64,000 nt of DNA from contig CAVXZB010000088.1 of the NCBI GenBank assembly GCA_963765895.1, forward strand, positions 122,236 through 186,235, in the 5' to 3' direction. This DNA comes from an uncultured Nitrososphaeraceae archaeon (lineage in GTDB: Archaea; Thermoproteota; Nitrososphaeria; Nitrososphaerales; Nitrososphaeraceae). The translations under genes were made by a program, and so were the position numbers. Under the pieces are notes generated by a model. The model was not told the origin of the DNA, made no database searches, and was given only the letters and a program-made list of their open reading frames with translations. Positions 1 through 10,343 of this stretch are shown here, in pieces (position 1 is the first letter of the stretch; each line of letters starts with the position of its first letter).

Positions 1-1
1 T

Positions 2-514
2 CATAAATCCGATGCGGGTGGAGTTAAAATTGGTCTAAAAAATGAAGATGAGGTAAGACAAGCATTCAGGACAATCATTAGTAATGCCAAAAAATACAAG
101 CAAGACGCGAAGATTGATGGCATACTTGTACAAGAAATGATAAAATCGGGTAAGGAGACAATCTTGGGTGCTAAATTTGATCCAATCCTGGGTCCGCTAA
201 TTATGTTTGGGCTTGGCGGAATTTATGTTGAGGTTCTAAAGGACGTAGTCTTTAGACTTGCTCCTCTAGATGAAAGAGAAGCTACAAGAATGATTGAATC
301 AGTAAAGACTATTAATTTGCTCAAAGGTGTTAGGGGAGAAAAACCACATGATCTTGGTGCCATAAGGGAATCCCTACAACGGCTATCTCAACTAATTACA
401 GATTTTCAAGAAATTGAAGAACTCGATGTGAATCCATTACTAGTATTAGAAGACGGTAAAGGAGTACGTGCTATAGATATCAGAATAAGCCTAAAAAAAA
501 ATAGTAATGGGTAG
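2..514 (+). CDS. ADP-forming acyl-CoA synthetase, C-terminal ATP-grasp part (5' end outside the window); possibly the 4-hydroxybutyryl-CoA or 3-hydroxypropionyl-CoA synthetase of the HP/HB cycle
   Basis: Frame is open from base 2: HKSDAGGVK...LVQEM...DPILGPLIMFGLGGIYVEVLKDV...ELDVNPL, typical of acetate-CoA ligase (ADP-forming) ATP-grasp domains. The substrate is an inference. Confidence 0.85.
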   Translation, partial: HKSDAGGVKIGLKNEDEVRQAFRTIISNAKKYKQDAKIDGILVQEMIKSGKETILGAKFDPILGPLIMFGLGGIYVEVLKDVVFRLAPLDEREATRMIESVKTINLLKGVRGEKPHDLGAIRESLQRLSQLITDFQEIEELDVNPLLVLEDGKGVRAIDIRISLKKNSNG

Positions 515-911
515 TATCGAAAGATTAAGTTACTTCAATTTCATTATCCTTGTTTTAATCACAGCATATTCGGCTGCTCCATGATTTTATATAATATGTC
601 TTTTCATTGCATCTTATTTTCGATGTCACTATCGCACTCGAATGTGCTAGGTATAGTGCTTTTAGCTTGACTACTCTCCATAATCTTAAATTAGGATATA
701 CAGTGCTCGCTTGATTGTATTCATCTTATCAGGCAGCAGAAAAAGTATCTTTTCATTACACGAATTGAATGATAGGGCATCCATAATATATCTAAATCCA
801 CTTAAGCCGTTACTGAATTCGGAGTTCTGACAAGTAACTCAATTTGGCTGATAGAATACAAGAAAAAGTACAGACAAAAGGAATGGGTAAAACGTATTGG
901 CTGTTACCTGA

Positions 912-2620
912 TTAATCCATATCCATACCGCCCATACCGCCCATACCGCCCATACCGCCCATACCGCCCATACCGCCCATACCGCCACCTGGAGGTCCAG
1001 CGGGCATCTTGGATTTGCTTGCAGCGATTACGTCATCAATTCTGAGGATCATACAAGCCGCTTCCGTAGCAGACTTCACGATCTGTTCCTTTATAGCTAG
1101 TGGCTCTAGAACATTTTGTTTAAACATATCAGTAACAGTAGTAGTTCTTACATTTACACCGGTCCATTTTGCACCCTTGTTTTGCTTAGCTTTTACTTCA
1201 GCCATCGTATCAATTGGATCCATGCCTGCGTTCTCTGCTAGAGCAAGTGGGATTGCATCAAGAGCATCAGCATACTTTTGTACCGCTAGCTGAGCACGCC
1301 CTTCCATATTACTTGCCCACTGTCTCAATTCGTTACTAACATATACTTCAGGAGCTCCACCCCCTGCGACGATCACAGGCTTCTCAAGAACATCTTTCAT
1401 TACATACAGAGCATCATGTACAGACCGATCCGCTTCGTCTACTACCCTCTGGGAGCCGCCCCGTACAAGTATAGTAACTGCCTTGGGATTTTTGCAACCT
1501 TCTATAAATACCCATTTATCAGTTTCGACCTTGCGTTCTTCTACGAGATCGGCTGATCCAAGATCCCTGTCTACTAGATCGTCAATATTGTTAACGATCC
1601 TGGCACCGGTAGCCTTCGCTAGCTTGAACATATCACTTTCCTTTATACGTCTGGCTGCAAGAATACCGTTCTTCGCTAGATAATGCTGCGCTATATCGTC
1701 GATTCCTTTCTGACACAAGACTACATTTGCGCCTGCTCCTGCTATCTTATCGACCATTGCTTTTAGCATTTTGTTCTCTTCTTCTAGAAACATTTGCATT
1801 TGCTCGGCTCACTTATGCGTATCTCAGCACTCATTTCAGTTTTCTCAATTTCAAGGGGAGAATTGAGTAAGGCAATCTTGGCTCTTTCAACTCTCTTTGG
1901 CATGCTTGTATGAACGACTTCCTTGTCAAGTACAATGCCCCTTATTAGCTGAGTATCATGCATAGATCCTCCAGCCTTTTTTTCGACTTTGATATTATCC
2001 AAATCTACCTTAAATCCATCCTTGTCGTCAATCTTTTCAGCAATTTGTTTTGTAGCATTGACAACAATCTCACTTAGAACTGGGCTATCTTCTGATACCA
2101 ATTTAGAGTCCATGCTAGTTCTTGCAATCTTTATCAATAGCTCCTTGTCGTTTGTATCAACTTTAACTCCAATCTTTTGTAGTAATTTCAATGCCTGATC
2201 AGCGGCCGAGTTATACCCATCTACAATCACGGATGGATGAACATCTTGGGCTGTCAATTCCTCGGCTTTTTCTAACAGAGCGGCTGCAAAAACTACGGAA
2301 GATGTTGTTCCATCTCCGACTTCATTATCTACAGACTTGGCGACTTCTACCATCATTTTGCCGGCTGGATGCTGGACATCAATTTCTTTCAGAATGGTTG
2401 CACCATCATTCGTAATAGTTACATCTCCCAATGAATCAACAAGCATCTTATCCATACCTCTTGGACCTAAACTAGTCTTTACAATATCTCCGATGATTTT
2501 AGCTGCGGTGATATTATTCTTTTGTGCGTCCCTTCCCTTATTTTCCCTAGTACCCTCTTTTAGGATAATTACTGGCATTCCACCAGCTGTAGTTTGAACT
2601 GCTGACACTCTCATTTTCAC
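912..2620 (-). CDS. ths: Thermosome (group II chaperonin) subunit, split by a 1-nt deletion near 1802
   Basis: [23 protein letters not shown] and GGGAPE motifs and a GGM tail. ORFs 1784-2620 and 912-1799 join as IRISEP(S/Q)QMQMFLEEE if one base is restored. Confidence 0.97.
924..986 (-). repeat. 7 x 9-bp perfect tandem repeat (cataccgcc) encoding the (GGM)7 chaperonin tail
   Basis: Read directly from the sequence. Confidence 0.95.
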
Positions 2621-2643
2621 CTAATAGAATAATACAGGAGTTA

Positions 2644-3084
2644 TCAAGCCTCTTTTATAGTTTTACCAAATGATCGTAGCATCATTTTGGATTTTTTTGA
2701 ATCAAATTTGGATTTAAACTTAGGTATATTGATTATGAACCTTTGATGTTTTCCTGATCCTATCTTTTCCAGATCATCAGATGCCTCGACATCAAACGTG
2801 ATCCGTCTACCATCTACTGAATATATCTTAGACCTGATCAGAACTTCGAAACCTATTGGTGTAGCTGCTAAATGTACAACGTTTACAAGAGTCCCGACTG
2901 AATCCCATTCCGCATTATTTAGGAATTGCTCCTTTAATAGGAGCCTACAAGTTTCTTCCATTTCTGCAATCATAGAAGGTGTAGACAAGACATTTTCTCC
3001 GTCCCAAAGAAACGATGTAGTTTGGTTTGAATTTGTTCTAACTCTCCTTTCCAGCCAAGCCCCAACCTTGACTTCTTGAATCAT
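2644..3084 (-). CDS. Hot-dog fold thioesterase, FlK (fluoroacetyl-CoA thioesterase)-like
   Basis: VLSTPSMIAEME, SVGTLVNVVHLAATPIG and G.H.R motifs, giving the Thr/Glu/His triad pattern. Confidence 0.85.
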   Translation of the reverse strand: MIQEVKVGAWLERRVRTNSNQTTSFLWDGENVLSTPSMIAEMEETCRLLLKEQFLNNAEWDSVGTLVNVVHLAATPIGFEVLIRSKIYSVDGRRITFDVEASDDLEKIGSGKHQRFIINIPKFKSKFDSKKSKMMLRSFGKTIKEA

Positions 3085-3347
3085 CTTTTTATTTAGAACA
3101 AACTCAGTCTTAGACTTTGCGACTACGGATTTAATCCGCCAAAATTGTGAGTATAAACACTAAGATATCACCAGTTCAATACTAAATCTAGATAATTTAA
3201 TTTGCATTTATTAGGTAATTCATTTAGGAATATAGAAATTAATTAGATAATCTGCAATATTATCTAATCATAAACCCTCATTATTATAAGATCTCCGTAC
3301 CAAAATATAATGCCAAAGTGAAAAAGAAAAAATTTTGGGAATTCACT

Positions 3348-3482
3348 TTACTTGGCCCGCCGTGCAGCAGATGCAATAACATAGGCGAGACCCACAGCCA
3401 GTCCGAAGGTCAATGGAATCCATACACCAAAGCTATCAACACTGAAAGGCACTATTTGCTGTAACATACTTTCGAATACCAT
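3348..3482 (-). CDS. 44-aa single-TM small protein, not in the ORF track
   Basis: Manual translation: MVFESMLQQIVPFSVDSFGVWIPLTFGLAVGLAYVIASAARRAK*. It is GC-richer than its flanks and is followed by a T-tract on the minus strand (3321-3332). Confidence 0.65.
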   Translation of the reverse strand: MVFESMLQQIVPFSVDSFGVWIPLTFGLAVGLAYVIASAARRAK

Positions 3483-3676
3483 TATTCATGAAATAGAGCA
3501 TTTAGTATATTAGATTTACTCAAAGGCCTGAGATTAGTACTACGGTGATTAATCTGCAGATACTTTATTTCTTTTCTAAAACACTTGGAAATTGCAATGA
3601 GTTGTGTCGGCAATAAATTTTACTTCAAGTGTCAGCGACGTTGTCCTTAAATTACGGCTAATCAGACAGTATATAT

Positions 3677-3956
3677 ATGAAAATGAAAAAGGAGTTAAAT
3701 AAATTTTGTCCTAAATGTAAGAAATTTACAGTTCAAGCTGTTGCAATTTATAAAAAGGGTAAAGATAGAAAAATGGCAGAAGGTGCGCGAAGACATGCAG
3801 AAGATAAAAAGGGTTATGGTGGACAAAAATTTCCAGAACTAAAACTGTACTGCGAAGACATCAAAGAAAATTACATTGCGTTATACTTGTAAGAGCTGTC
3901 AAAGAAAAACAATGAAGAATGGCATGAGAATACGCAAGTTGGAAATCCTTTCATAG
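3677..3956 (+). CDS. rpl44e: 50S ribosomal protein L44e, with one extra base near 3846
   Basis: FCPKC...YKKGK...KGYGGQKFP, then in the shifted frame RTAKTSKKITLRYTCKSC...MRIRKLEILS* ending at 3956. It lies directly upstream of rps27e. Confidence 0.95.
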
Positions 3957-3968
3957 GTGTAATGAAAT

Positions 3969-4166
3969 ATGCGTAGGAATAATATCATGGTTCCAAAACC
4001 ACATAGCAATTTTCTCTCAGTTCAGTGTTCAAACTGCGAAGAAAAGGTGGTTATTTTTAACTATAGTACAACGGATATTGAATGCAAGGCCTGTGGTCAA
4101 TTAGTTGCAAAAAAAACTGGCGGCAAAGCCAAGATTATGGGAAAAGTTTTGTCAGTGCTTGATTAG
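3969..4166 (+). CDS. rps27e: 30S ribosomal protein S27e
   Basis: PKPHSNFLSVQCSNC...CKACG...TGGKA Zn ribbon; conserved order after rpl44e. Confidence 0.96.
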   Translation: MRRNNIMVPKPHSNFLSVQCSNCEEKVVIFNYSTTDIECKACGQLVAKKTGGKAKIMGKVLSVLD

Positions 4167-4789
4167 TCCTTATGACATAACGACTCTGCAAGTTCAAGAT
4201 CTTTCATTGTATTTACATTAACCGCAATTTCTTTTTTATCCATTAGTACATAGGATTCCGACAATCTTTGGTTCATATCTTTGACTCCTAGAGAATCAAT
4301 AATTGTGATTCCAGAATGACAATAGTATATGTTATCTTTACATATTATTACACTTGGCTTGATACCTATGTTTTCTACAAACCTCTTTCGTAAAATCACG
4401 GAAATGCACGGGGCATCCCAAGCGCAGTTGTCAATTATTTTCTTTATTATTTTTGCGTTGATAAATGGAAGATCTGCCCCTAAGAGGAATAATTTGGAAG
4501 GCTTAAAATACTCGACAAGTTGCATCAAATCAAGCGAATAACCCAAACCGAGCGATTCAATAACCTCTATCTTATCAAAATTACGATAAATATTACGTAC
4601 AAATTTGCTTGTCATGGGGGTGTTGCGACTGGGCACTATCACTACTTTATCAAATATCGTGCAGGACGCCAAAGCGCTTACGACATACTCTATCAAGGTC
4701 TTCTCTCGTATCATCTGTAGAGGTTTCTCAATCACTGTAGAATCTACCATACGAGAACCTTTTCCTCCACACATTACCACCGCAATCAT
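4163..4789 (-). CDS. cobY: Adenosylcobinamide-phosphate guanylyltransferase (CobY)
   Basis: MCGGKGSRM, EKPL, ADLP and NVNT..DL NTP-transferase motifs; last gene of the cob operon. Confidence 0.85.
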   Translation of the reverse strand: MIAVVMCGGKGSRMVDSTVIEKPLQMIREKTLIEYVVSALASCTIFDKVVIVPSRNTPMTSKFVRNIYRNFDKIEVIESLGLGYSLDLMQLVEYFKPSKLFLLGADLPFINAKIIKKIIDNCAWDAPCISVILRKRFVENIGIKPSVIICKDNIYYCHSGITIIDSLGVKDMNQRLSESYVLMDKKEIAVNVNTMKDLELAESLCHKD

Positions 4790-4803
4790 ACTGACCTACT
4801 CCA

Positions 4804-5563
4804 CTAGATTGTTGCGATGCATGACAGGACAATTAGAGATGAAAGTCTAACAAGCTCGTTTGAAGCACCAAGAACGTCGCCGGATATTCCTCCGAAGCTT
4901 CTATTAGATTGGTATCCAATAATGGCAGCAATAACAACAGATATGCCTAGAGCTGCAAGGCTCCAATACCCCCCAAATAAAAATATTATTGTAAGAGTCA
5001 TAAATGTGGCAAGCAGAAATTTTCTCTTGTTCTTCATTGCACGTGTAAATGGCGAACTAAACCCGTCCCACGCAGACGATCCACAGTATGCGTGCAAGAC
5101 CATTGTATATTTAGCAAGTACCTCTGCTACAACAATGCTAGTGAACAGTCGTATTGAATGATACAGGCTAGATAGCGTAATCACCATTCCCAGAATATAC
5201 AAAATTAATGCAATAGCACCTGCAGAGCCGATTGCAGGATCGCGCATTGCCCTTTGTTTAACTTCAATCGGGCCCTTTGGCCAACCCATCAGCAAAATCG
5301 GCAAGTGCATCGGTATGGCTAGCGCCAGTTATAATAATAATACAAGTGCTTATTATTAGGCCTACGAGCTGAGATTGAAGATAAAAAGAAATTTCGTATG
5401 CCAGACATCCGATGACTATACCAATAACTGCACCCACTAATGGGAATAGATACATATTACTTGCGATGTAGTTCAAATCCAACATTTTTGTAGCCTCAGC
5501 TTTATGGTAAGAAGGAATAACAGTTAGGAAAGAAATTACAGCTCGCAAGGAGTTAAGGACCAA
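4804..5563 (-). CDS. cobS: Cobalamin synthase CobS, frameshifted near 5271
   Basis: ISFLTVIP, FPLVG, TGASHTDALADFADG, then after the shift AMRDPAIGSAG and FGGISGDVLGASNE. The probable TTG start at 5563 overlaps the cbiB stop. Confidence 0.92.
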
Positions 5564-6560
5564 ATAACAAATTCCACCATCCAAGAGTAAAGAGTACACT
5601 TATTAACGGAATAAAAATGAGAAAACAAGATAGGATCGCCGTTAATTTCATTATTGTAATTGCACATTTACACTTCTCGATCGATAGAGGATCATAAGGT
5701 TCACCCACAGAGTAGTGGCCGATCTTTTCAAGTTTTACGCGTAAGGAGCCAGCCATAGTAGAAATTGGATAGCCTGCGTTAAGACTCGATGTTTTATTAT
5801 GATCCTTTATCATCGTTCTTATCGAATTCTTCCAATCTGCTGAAATTATTAAGGCTGAGATTACAATTAACACCCCAGTTATTCTCGACGGAATAAAGTT
5901 AGCAATTGTATCCAGTTTTGCAGACATCCATCCGATATTCTCATAATATTTGTCTTTATAACCAATCATCGAATCTAGTGTATTAATTATTCTAAAAATA
6001 AAAGACCCTGTAGGTCCAAAAATGGAGTAAAAGAACATAGGTGAAACGACACCATCTACTGTACTCTCGCTGATGCACTCGATTGTTCCTGAGAGTATTT
6101 GCTCCTCATCCAAATTTTCGGTTTCTCTTCGCACAATCATGGAAAGAAAGAATCTCGCATTATCCAAGTCTCTCCGTTCTAATGCCTTGATTATTCTGAT
6201 ACTATGCACTTCCATTCCCTTTATTGCAATGGTAATGTTTAAGATTATTGCATAAACAGCTATTACAAGAATAGATCCAAACAAATTTGAATATATATAC
6301 AACCATAGTTGTAGAGTAAAACCAAATATTCCTAATAAACAGAACACGAAAATTGTTCCCTTTACTTTCTCATTCATCAAATGCCGAGTAACCTTAACAC
6401 CATGATGATCACTGCCAGTTTTGACCTTCAGTCTGGGAATGAATAAATCTAAGAAATTTCCTAACCATCTTACTGGATGGTATTTGTTTTTCGGATCACC
6501 TAATAACAAATCTAGTACAATCGCCAATATTAATGCGGCAACTAGTCTTTCTTCTATCAT
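5553..6560 (-). CDS. cbiB: Adenosylcobinamide-phosphate synthase CbiB
   Basis: DLLLGDP...HPV, SMIVRRET, ESTVDG, INTLDSMIGY, NFIPSR and S.NAGYP motifs. Confidence 0.93.
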   Translation of the reverse strand: MIEERLVAALILAIVLDLLLGDPKNKYHPVRWLGNFLDLFIPRLKVKTGSDHHGVKVTRHLMNEKVKGTIFVFCLLGIFGFTLQLWLYIYSNLFGSILVIAVYAIILNITIAIKGMEVHSIRIIKALERRDLDNARFFLSMIVRRETENLDEEQILSGTIECISESTVDGVVSPMFFYSIFGPTGSFIFRIINTLDSMIGYKDKYYENIGWMSAKLDTIANFIPSRITGVLIVISALIISADWKNSIRTMIKDHNKTSSLNAGYPISTMAGSLRVKLEKIGHYSVGEPYDPLSIEKCKCAITIMKLTAILSCFLIFIPLISVLFTLGWWNLLFGP

Positions 6561-7417
6561 AGCATATTTGGTCTTATAATGTCTCTAATTACCAGTGGAA
6601 TGTTAATTGTACCCCGAACTACGTCTGCTATAGAATCTATGTTTTTGTCCAAAGATTCTACTGAAATGGTATCAAGATTACATTTACTTCCATCTAGTGA
6701 ATCTTCATCAGGGATTTTCAAATCAATCTTAGGAATAACTCCTAATATTTCCGTGTTTAGCATTTCTCTAACTATTTCTATGGCTGGAAGCAGAAGTGCA
6801 GCGTCCCCCCTGAACTTGTTTATAATAAATCCCTTAACGAGGTTTTTGTGATGGCGAGGTAGCAACCTCATTGTACCTACGATGCTTGAAAAGCAACCTC
6901 CCCTTTCTATATCTGCAACAATCATTACAGGAGCCGAAACCTTTTCCGCAAGTAGCATATTTGCTATGTCATATTTTGAAATATTGATCTCGGCAGGAGA
7001 TCCTGCACCTTCTATGACTACAATATCATTTTCGTTTCTTAAGCTTTCCAAGGAATTCAGAACAAGCGGAAAACCATTTTGCATTACAAAATTTTCGTAG
7101 TAATCTTTCGAACTTATCGTTGAATTGAACCGGCCTGCCAAAATGAGATCACTCTTATAATCTCCTAGTGGTTTCAATAGTATAGGATTCATTCTTGAAT
7201 CTGGCAATTTTCTTGATGCCAGTGCCTGTACTGCTTGTGCCTGTGCTACAACATTAGCAGTTCCAGGTATGATATGAAGCTTGGAAGACATATTTTGTGC
7301 TTTGAATGGAGCTACATTATATCCTTCATCTGAGAGAATCCTGCAAATCGCAGTTGTAATAATGCTTTTTCCCGAACCAGAGGTAGTTCCTTGTATCATC
7401 AGCAATTTTGCCTTCAT
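6557..7417 (-). CDS. cbiP: Cobyric acid synthase CbiP/CobQ, synthetase domain only (286 aa)
   Basis: MIQGTTSGSGKS, PFKAQNMS, MNPILLKP, EGAGSPAEIN, DIERGG, INKFRGD and PDEDS motifs; no C-terminal glutamine amidotransferase domain. Confidence 0.93.
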   Translation of the reverse strand: MKAKLLMIQGTTSGSGKSIITTAICRILSDEGYNVAPFKAQNMSSKLHIIPGTANVVAQAQAVQALASRKLPDSRMNPILLKPLGDYKSDLILAGRFNSTISSKDYYENFVMQNGFPLVLNSLESLRNENDIVVIEGAGSPAEINISKYDIANMLLAEKVSAPVMIVADIERGGCFSSIVGTMRLLPRHHKNLVKGFIINKFRGDAALLLPAIEIVREMLNTEILGVIPKIDLKIPDEDSLDGSKCNLDTISVESLDKNIDSIADVVRGTINIPLVIRDIIRPNML

Positions 7418-8487
7418 AAGTTTATCGATTCCAAAGCTTGAAGAAGCAATGCATTGTCATCATGCTTCTTCACGGAAACTCTAACATATTCTCCGGATTC
7501 CAATCCATTGAAGGTAACGCAATCTCTAACAAGGATTCCATCTCGATTTAGAAGAAAATTTCTTAATTTGGTCGATTTAATGTTTTTAAGCCGTATTAAA
7601 AAATAGTTCACATTGGAGACGATAGGGACAAAAGATTTAGTCTTTCTTTTGATGTAGCTTTGCATAAATCTCCTCTCTTTTTCAATCAATGCTCTAGCCT
7701 TTGTCAAATGACGATAATCCTTTAAAGCACAAACTGCTGCACTCTGTGCGATCCCATTTACACTCCAAGGTATTTGATAAGAAGATAGTTTCTTGCCTAG
7801 CTTTGGATTACAGATGCTATATCCTACCCTGAGACCGGCAAGACCAAAGGATTTAGTTAGCGATCGAATGATTACTAAATTATCAAATTCCTGGATTTTT
7901 CCAACTAAGGAATCGGACATCCCTCCCTTGGAAACTAGTTCGATGAACGACTCATCCAGTAGAACGATAGTGGGATATGTAACAGATTCCAAGATTTTTT
8001 TAATACTATTCGATGAAAGCAGTCCAGTAGGGTTATTTGGATTGCACAGGTATATAGCGTCTGAGTCTTTAGCCCTTCTTATTATGGATTCCGCATCTAT
8101 ATTCAAATTCTTAAGTGGCACGAACGTAATTTGCGCATTCATTAGTTTAGATGCGAGTTCGTATTCGCAAAACGTGGGTGCTGGGATAACCACCTTATTA
8201 CGTACGAAGGCACGAGCAAAATTATGGATTATCTCCATTGCCCCATTTCCTACGCTTATCCAATCCTGGTCTAGATCCAATCGTAAATATTCCAATATTC
8301 CCTTTTTTAGTTCGCGACATTCTGGATCTGGATAAACTGAGGACAGCGAATCAATACTTTTATGGATAGTTTTTAAAACGACCGTCGAAATACCCAATGG
8401 ATTTACACTGGAGCTGAAATCGAATTTTACTAAGTCTGGATTTACAGAATAAATCCCTCCATGGATACAGCTATTAGGCATGTTCAC
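7414..8487 (-). CDS. cobD: L-threonine-O-3-phosphate decarboxylase (CobD, HisC-like PLP enzyme)
   Basis: HGG, DFSSSVNPLG, YPDP, CNPNNPTG, DESF and RSLTKSFGLAGLRVGY motifs; first gene of the cob operon. Confidence 0.85.
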   Translation of the reverse strand: MNMPNSCIHGGIYSVNPDLVKFDFSSSVNPLGISTVVLKTIHKSIDSLSSVYPDPECRELKKGILEYLRLDLDQDWISVGNGAMEIIHNFARAFVRNKVVIPAPTFCEYELASKLMNAQITFVPLKNLNIDAESIIRRAKDSDAIYLCNPNNPTGLLSSNSIKKILESVTYPTIVLLDESFIELVSKGGMSDSLVGKIQEFDNLVIIRSLTKSFGLAGLRVGYSICNPKLGKKLSSYQIPWSVNGIAQSAAVCALKDYRHLTKARALIEKERRFMQSYIKRKTKSFVPIVSNVNYFLIRLKNIKSTKLRNFLLNRDGILVRDCVTFNGLESGEYVRVSVKKHDDNALLLQALESINL

Positions 8488-8642
8488 TATGCATAAGGGG
8501 TTCAGATATCTTTATGTTTGTCATTAAATCTAATTAGGCAAAAGAGTGGGTGCCTATCATCAGCATCTCAAATCTTGATAATATAGAACTAAAAATGAGA
8601 TTTTGAAAACGATTATTAAATGTAAGTAGCTAAGGCGCATTT

Positions 8643-9719
8643 ATGCTAAGAACAGCTGTACTAGGAGCTACCGGCGCAGTAGGGCAAGAGTTTGTAATAT
8701 CTCTGAATAAACATCCTTGGTTTGAATTAACACAAATTGCATCATCCTCTAGATCCGCAGGTAAAAAATATGTAGATGCATTACGCGATCCTGCTTCTGG
8801 GATATTAAAGTGGCACAACTCTGAATCAGTGCCAGACTATGTACAGGATATGATTATTAGTAGAATAGAAGACATAAATCCAGATAAATTTGATCTAATA
8901 TTTACCGCTCTTAACTCTGATGACGCACAAACGATAGAACCTGATTTTGCACGGTCAGTACCGGTGATCAGCACTGCTGCGGCCTTTAGATATGAAAATG
9001 ACGTCCCTATTTTAATACCAGGTATTAACGATGAACACCTAGAATTGCTAAATGTTCAGAAAAAAATCAGAAAATGGAATGGATTTATAGCCCCCTTGCC
9101 AAATTGCACCACCACAGGCCTTGCAATTACATTAAAGCCAATTATAGATAAGTATGGAGTAAAGAGCGTGTTCATGACATCCTTGCAAGCCTTGTCAGGT
9201 GCTGGTCGATCTCCTGGTGTAATTGCTCTAGACATTATGGATAACGTTATCCCGTATATTCCGAAAGAGGAAGAAAAGGTCCAGATCGAAACAAGAAAAA
9301 TTCTCGGCAAGTTGAATCAAAAGTCAATTCTACCAAATAATATAAGAGTGAGCTGTACTTGCATGAGAGTTCCAGTTTCAGATGGCCATACAGAGTCTGT
9401 ATTTGTAGAGACCAAAGAATCTGTAGATCCAGACCTAATAAAAAAGGAAATGTTAAATTTCTCCAAAAATGTGTCAATTAAGGAGTTGCCTACTGCGCCA
9501 AAAGACTACATCCTCGTCCACGATGATCCTACCAGGCCACAGCCCCGTATTGATAGAGAAATTAATGATGGAATGACTACGGTAGTAGGAAGAATAAGAA
9601 AAGACACTGTTTTTGAAAATGGAATTAAGTATGTTCTACTTTCTCATAATGAAAAAATGGGCTCGGCAAAAGGAGCAGTTCTACTTGCGGAACTCCTAAA
9701 ACGCAAGAATATTATCTAG
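8643..9719 (+). CDS. asd: Aspartate-semialdehyde dehydrogenase (archaeal type)
   Basis: LGATGAVGQ, PNCTT catalytic Cys, QALSGAG, EEEK, RVPV.DGH and RPQPR motifs. Confidence 0.88.
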   Translation: MLRTAVLGATGAVGQEFVISLNKHPWFELTQIASSSRSAGKKYVDALRDPASGILKWHNSESVPDYVQDMIISRIEDINPDKFDLIFTALNSDDAQTIEPDFARSVPVISTAAAFRYENDVPILIPGINDEHLELLNVQKKIRKWNGFIAPLPNCTTTGLAITLKPIIDKYGVKSVFMTSLQALSGAGRSPGVIALDIMDNVIPYIPKEEEKVQIETRKILGKLNQKSILPNNIRVSCTCMRVPVSDGHTESVFVETKESVDPDLIKKEMLNFSKNVSIKELPTAPKDYILVHDDPTRPQPRIDREINDGMTTVVGRIRKDTVFENGIKYVLLSHNEKMGSAKGAVLLAELLKRKNII

Positions 9720-9802
9720 CCTCTTTTATTGTAAGAAATTAGATTAAATTTGAAATTAATAGGTTTATTAATCACTCAATTAAAGTTATAATGGTATAAT
9801 AT

Positions 9803-10267
9803 ATGGGAAGGATAGATGATTTAGATCTGAAGATTTTAAGCGAGCTTGCTAGAGATGCTAGCATATCAGTGCCAAAGCTTTCAAAAAAGATTAATGTCAA
9901 TGCTTCTGTCGTATATAGCAGGATAAAACGGCTGGCCAGAAGAGGACTAATCAAAAAATTTACCATTATGATTAATGACGAGGCATTAGGTTTCAATGTA
10001 AAGGCCCTTACTGGTGTTAACATGGATTCAAAAATGAGAGACAATGTCCTCAATGAGCTATTTAAGATATCTGAAGTAAGAGAAGTAGCAGAGGTTACCG
10101 GAAGATTTGACATTCTGGTAACCATGACCGCTCGGTCCCTAGATGAGATGCATCAATTGATATCTGAAAGGGTAGGTCGGATAGAAGGAGTTCAGAAAAC
10201 AGAAACCTTTATAGAAATGAGAAAAACAGTTCGCGAAATTCTCTATGCTGCGCCCATATCCAAATAG
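9803..10267 (+). CDS. Lrp/AsnC family transcriptional regulator
   Basis: DDLDLKILSEL..DA HTH, RIKRL...GLI and VTGRFD RAM domain. Confidence 0.93.
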   Translation: MGRIDDLDLKILSELARDASISVPKLSKKINVNASVVYSRIKRLARRGLIKKFTIMINDEALGFNVKALTGVNMDSKMRDNVLNELFKISEVREVAEVTGRFDILVTMTARSLDEMHQLISERVGRIEGVQKTETFIEMRKTVREILYAAPISK

Positions 10268-10343
10268 ATTGTTGTTTATCTTGGAAAGATCTATATAATT
10301 TATTAGGATAATGCCTTTTATAACAGACTAAAGAAGATCCTAT

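Noticed and set aside
924-986. Tandem repeat as a CRISPR or VNTR element
   Set aside because: It has no spacers and encodes the normal GGM chaperonin tail.
8643-9719. Asd homolog as a Sulfolobales-type malonyl-CoA/succinyl-CoA reductase
   Set aside because: It has the Asd-type PNC catalytic motif rather than PLC and retains EEEK and RVPV. Asd is the simpler call, though not excluded without a phylogeny.
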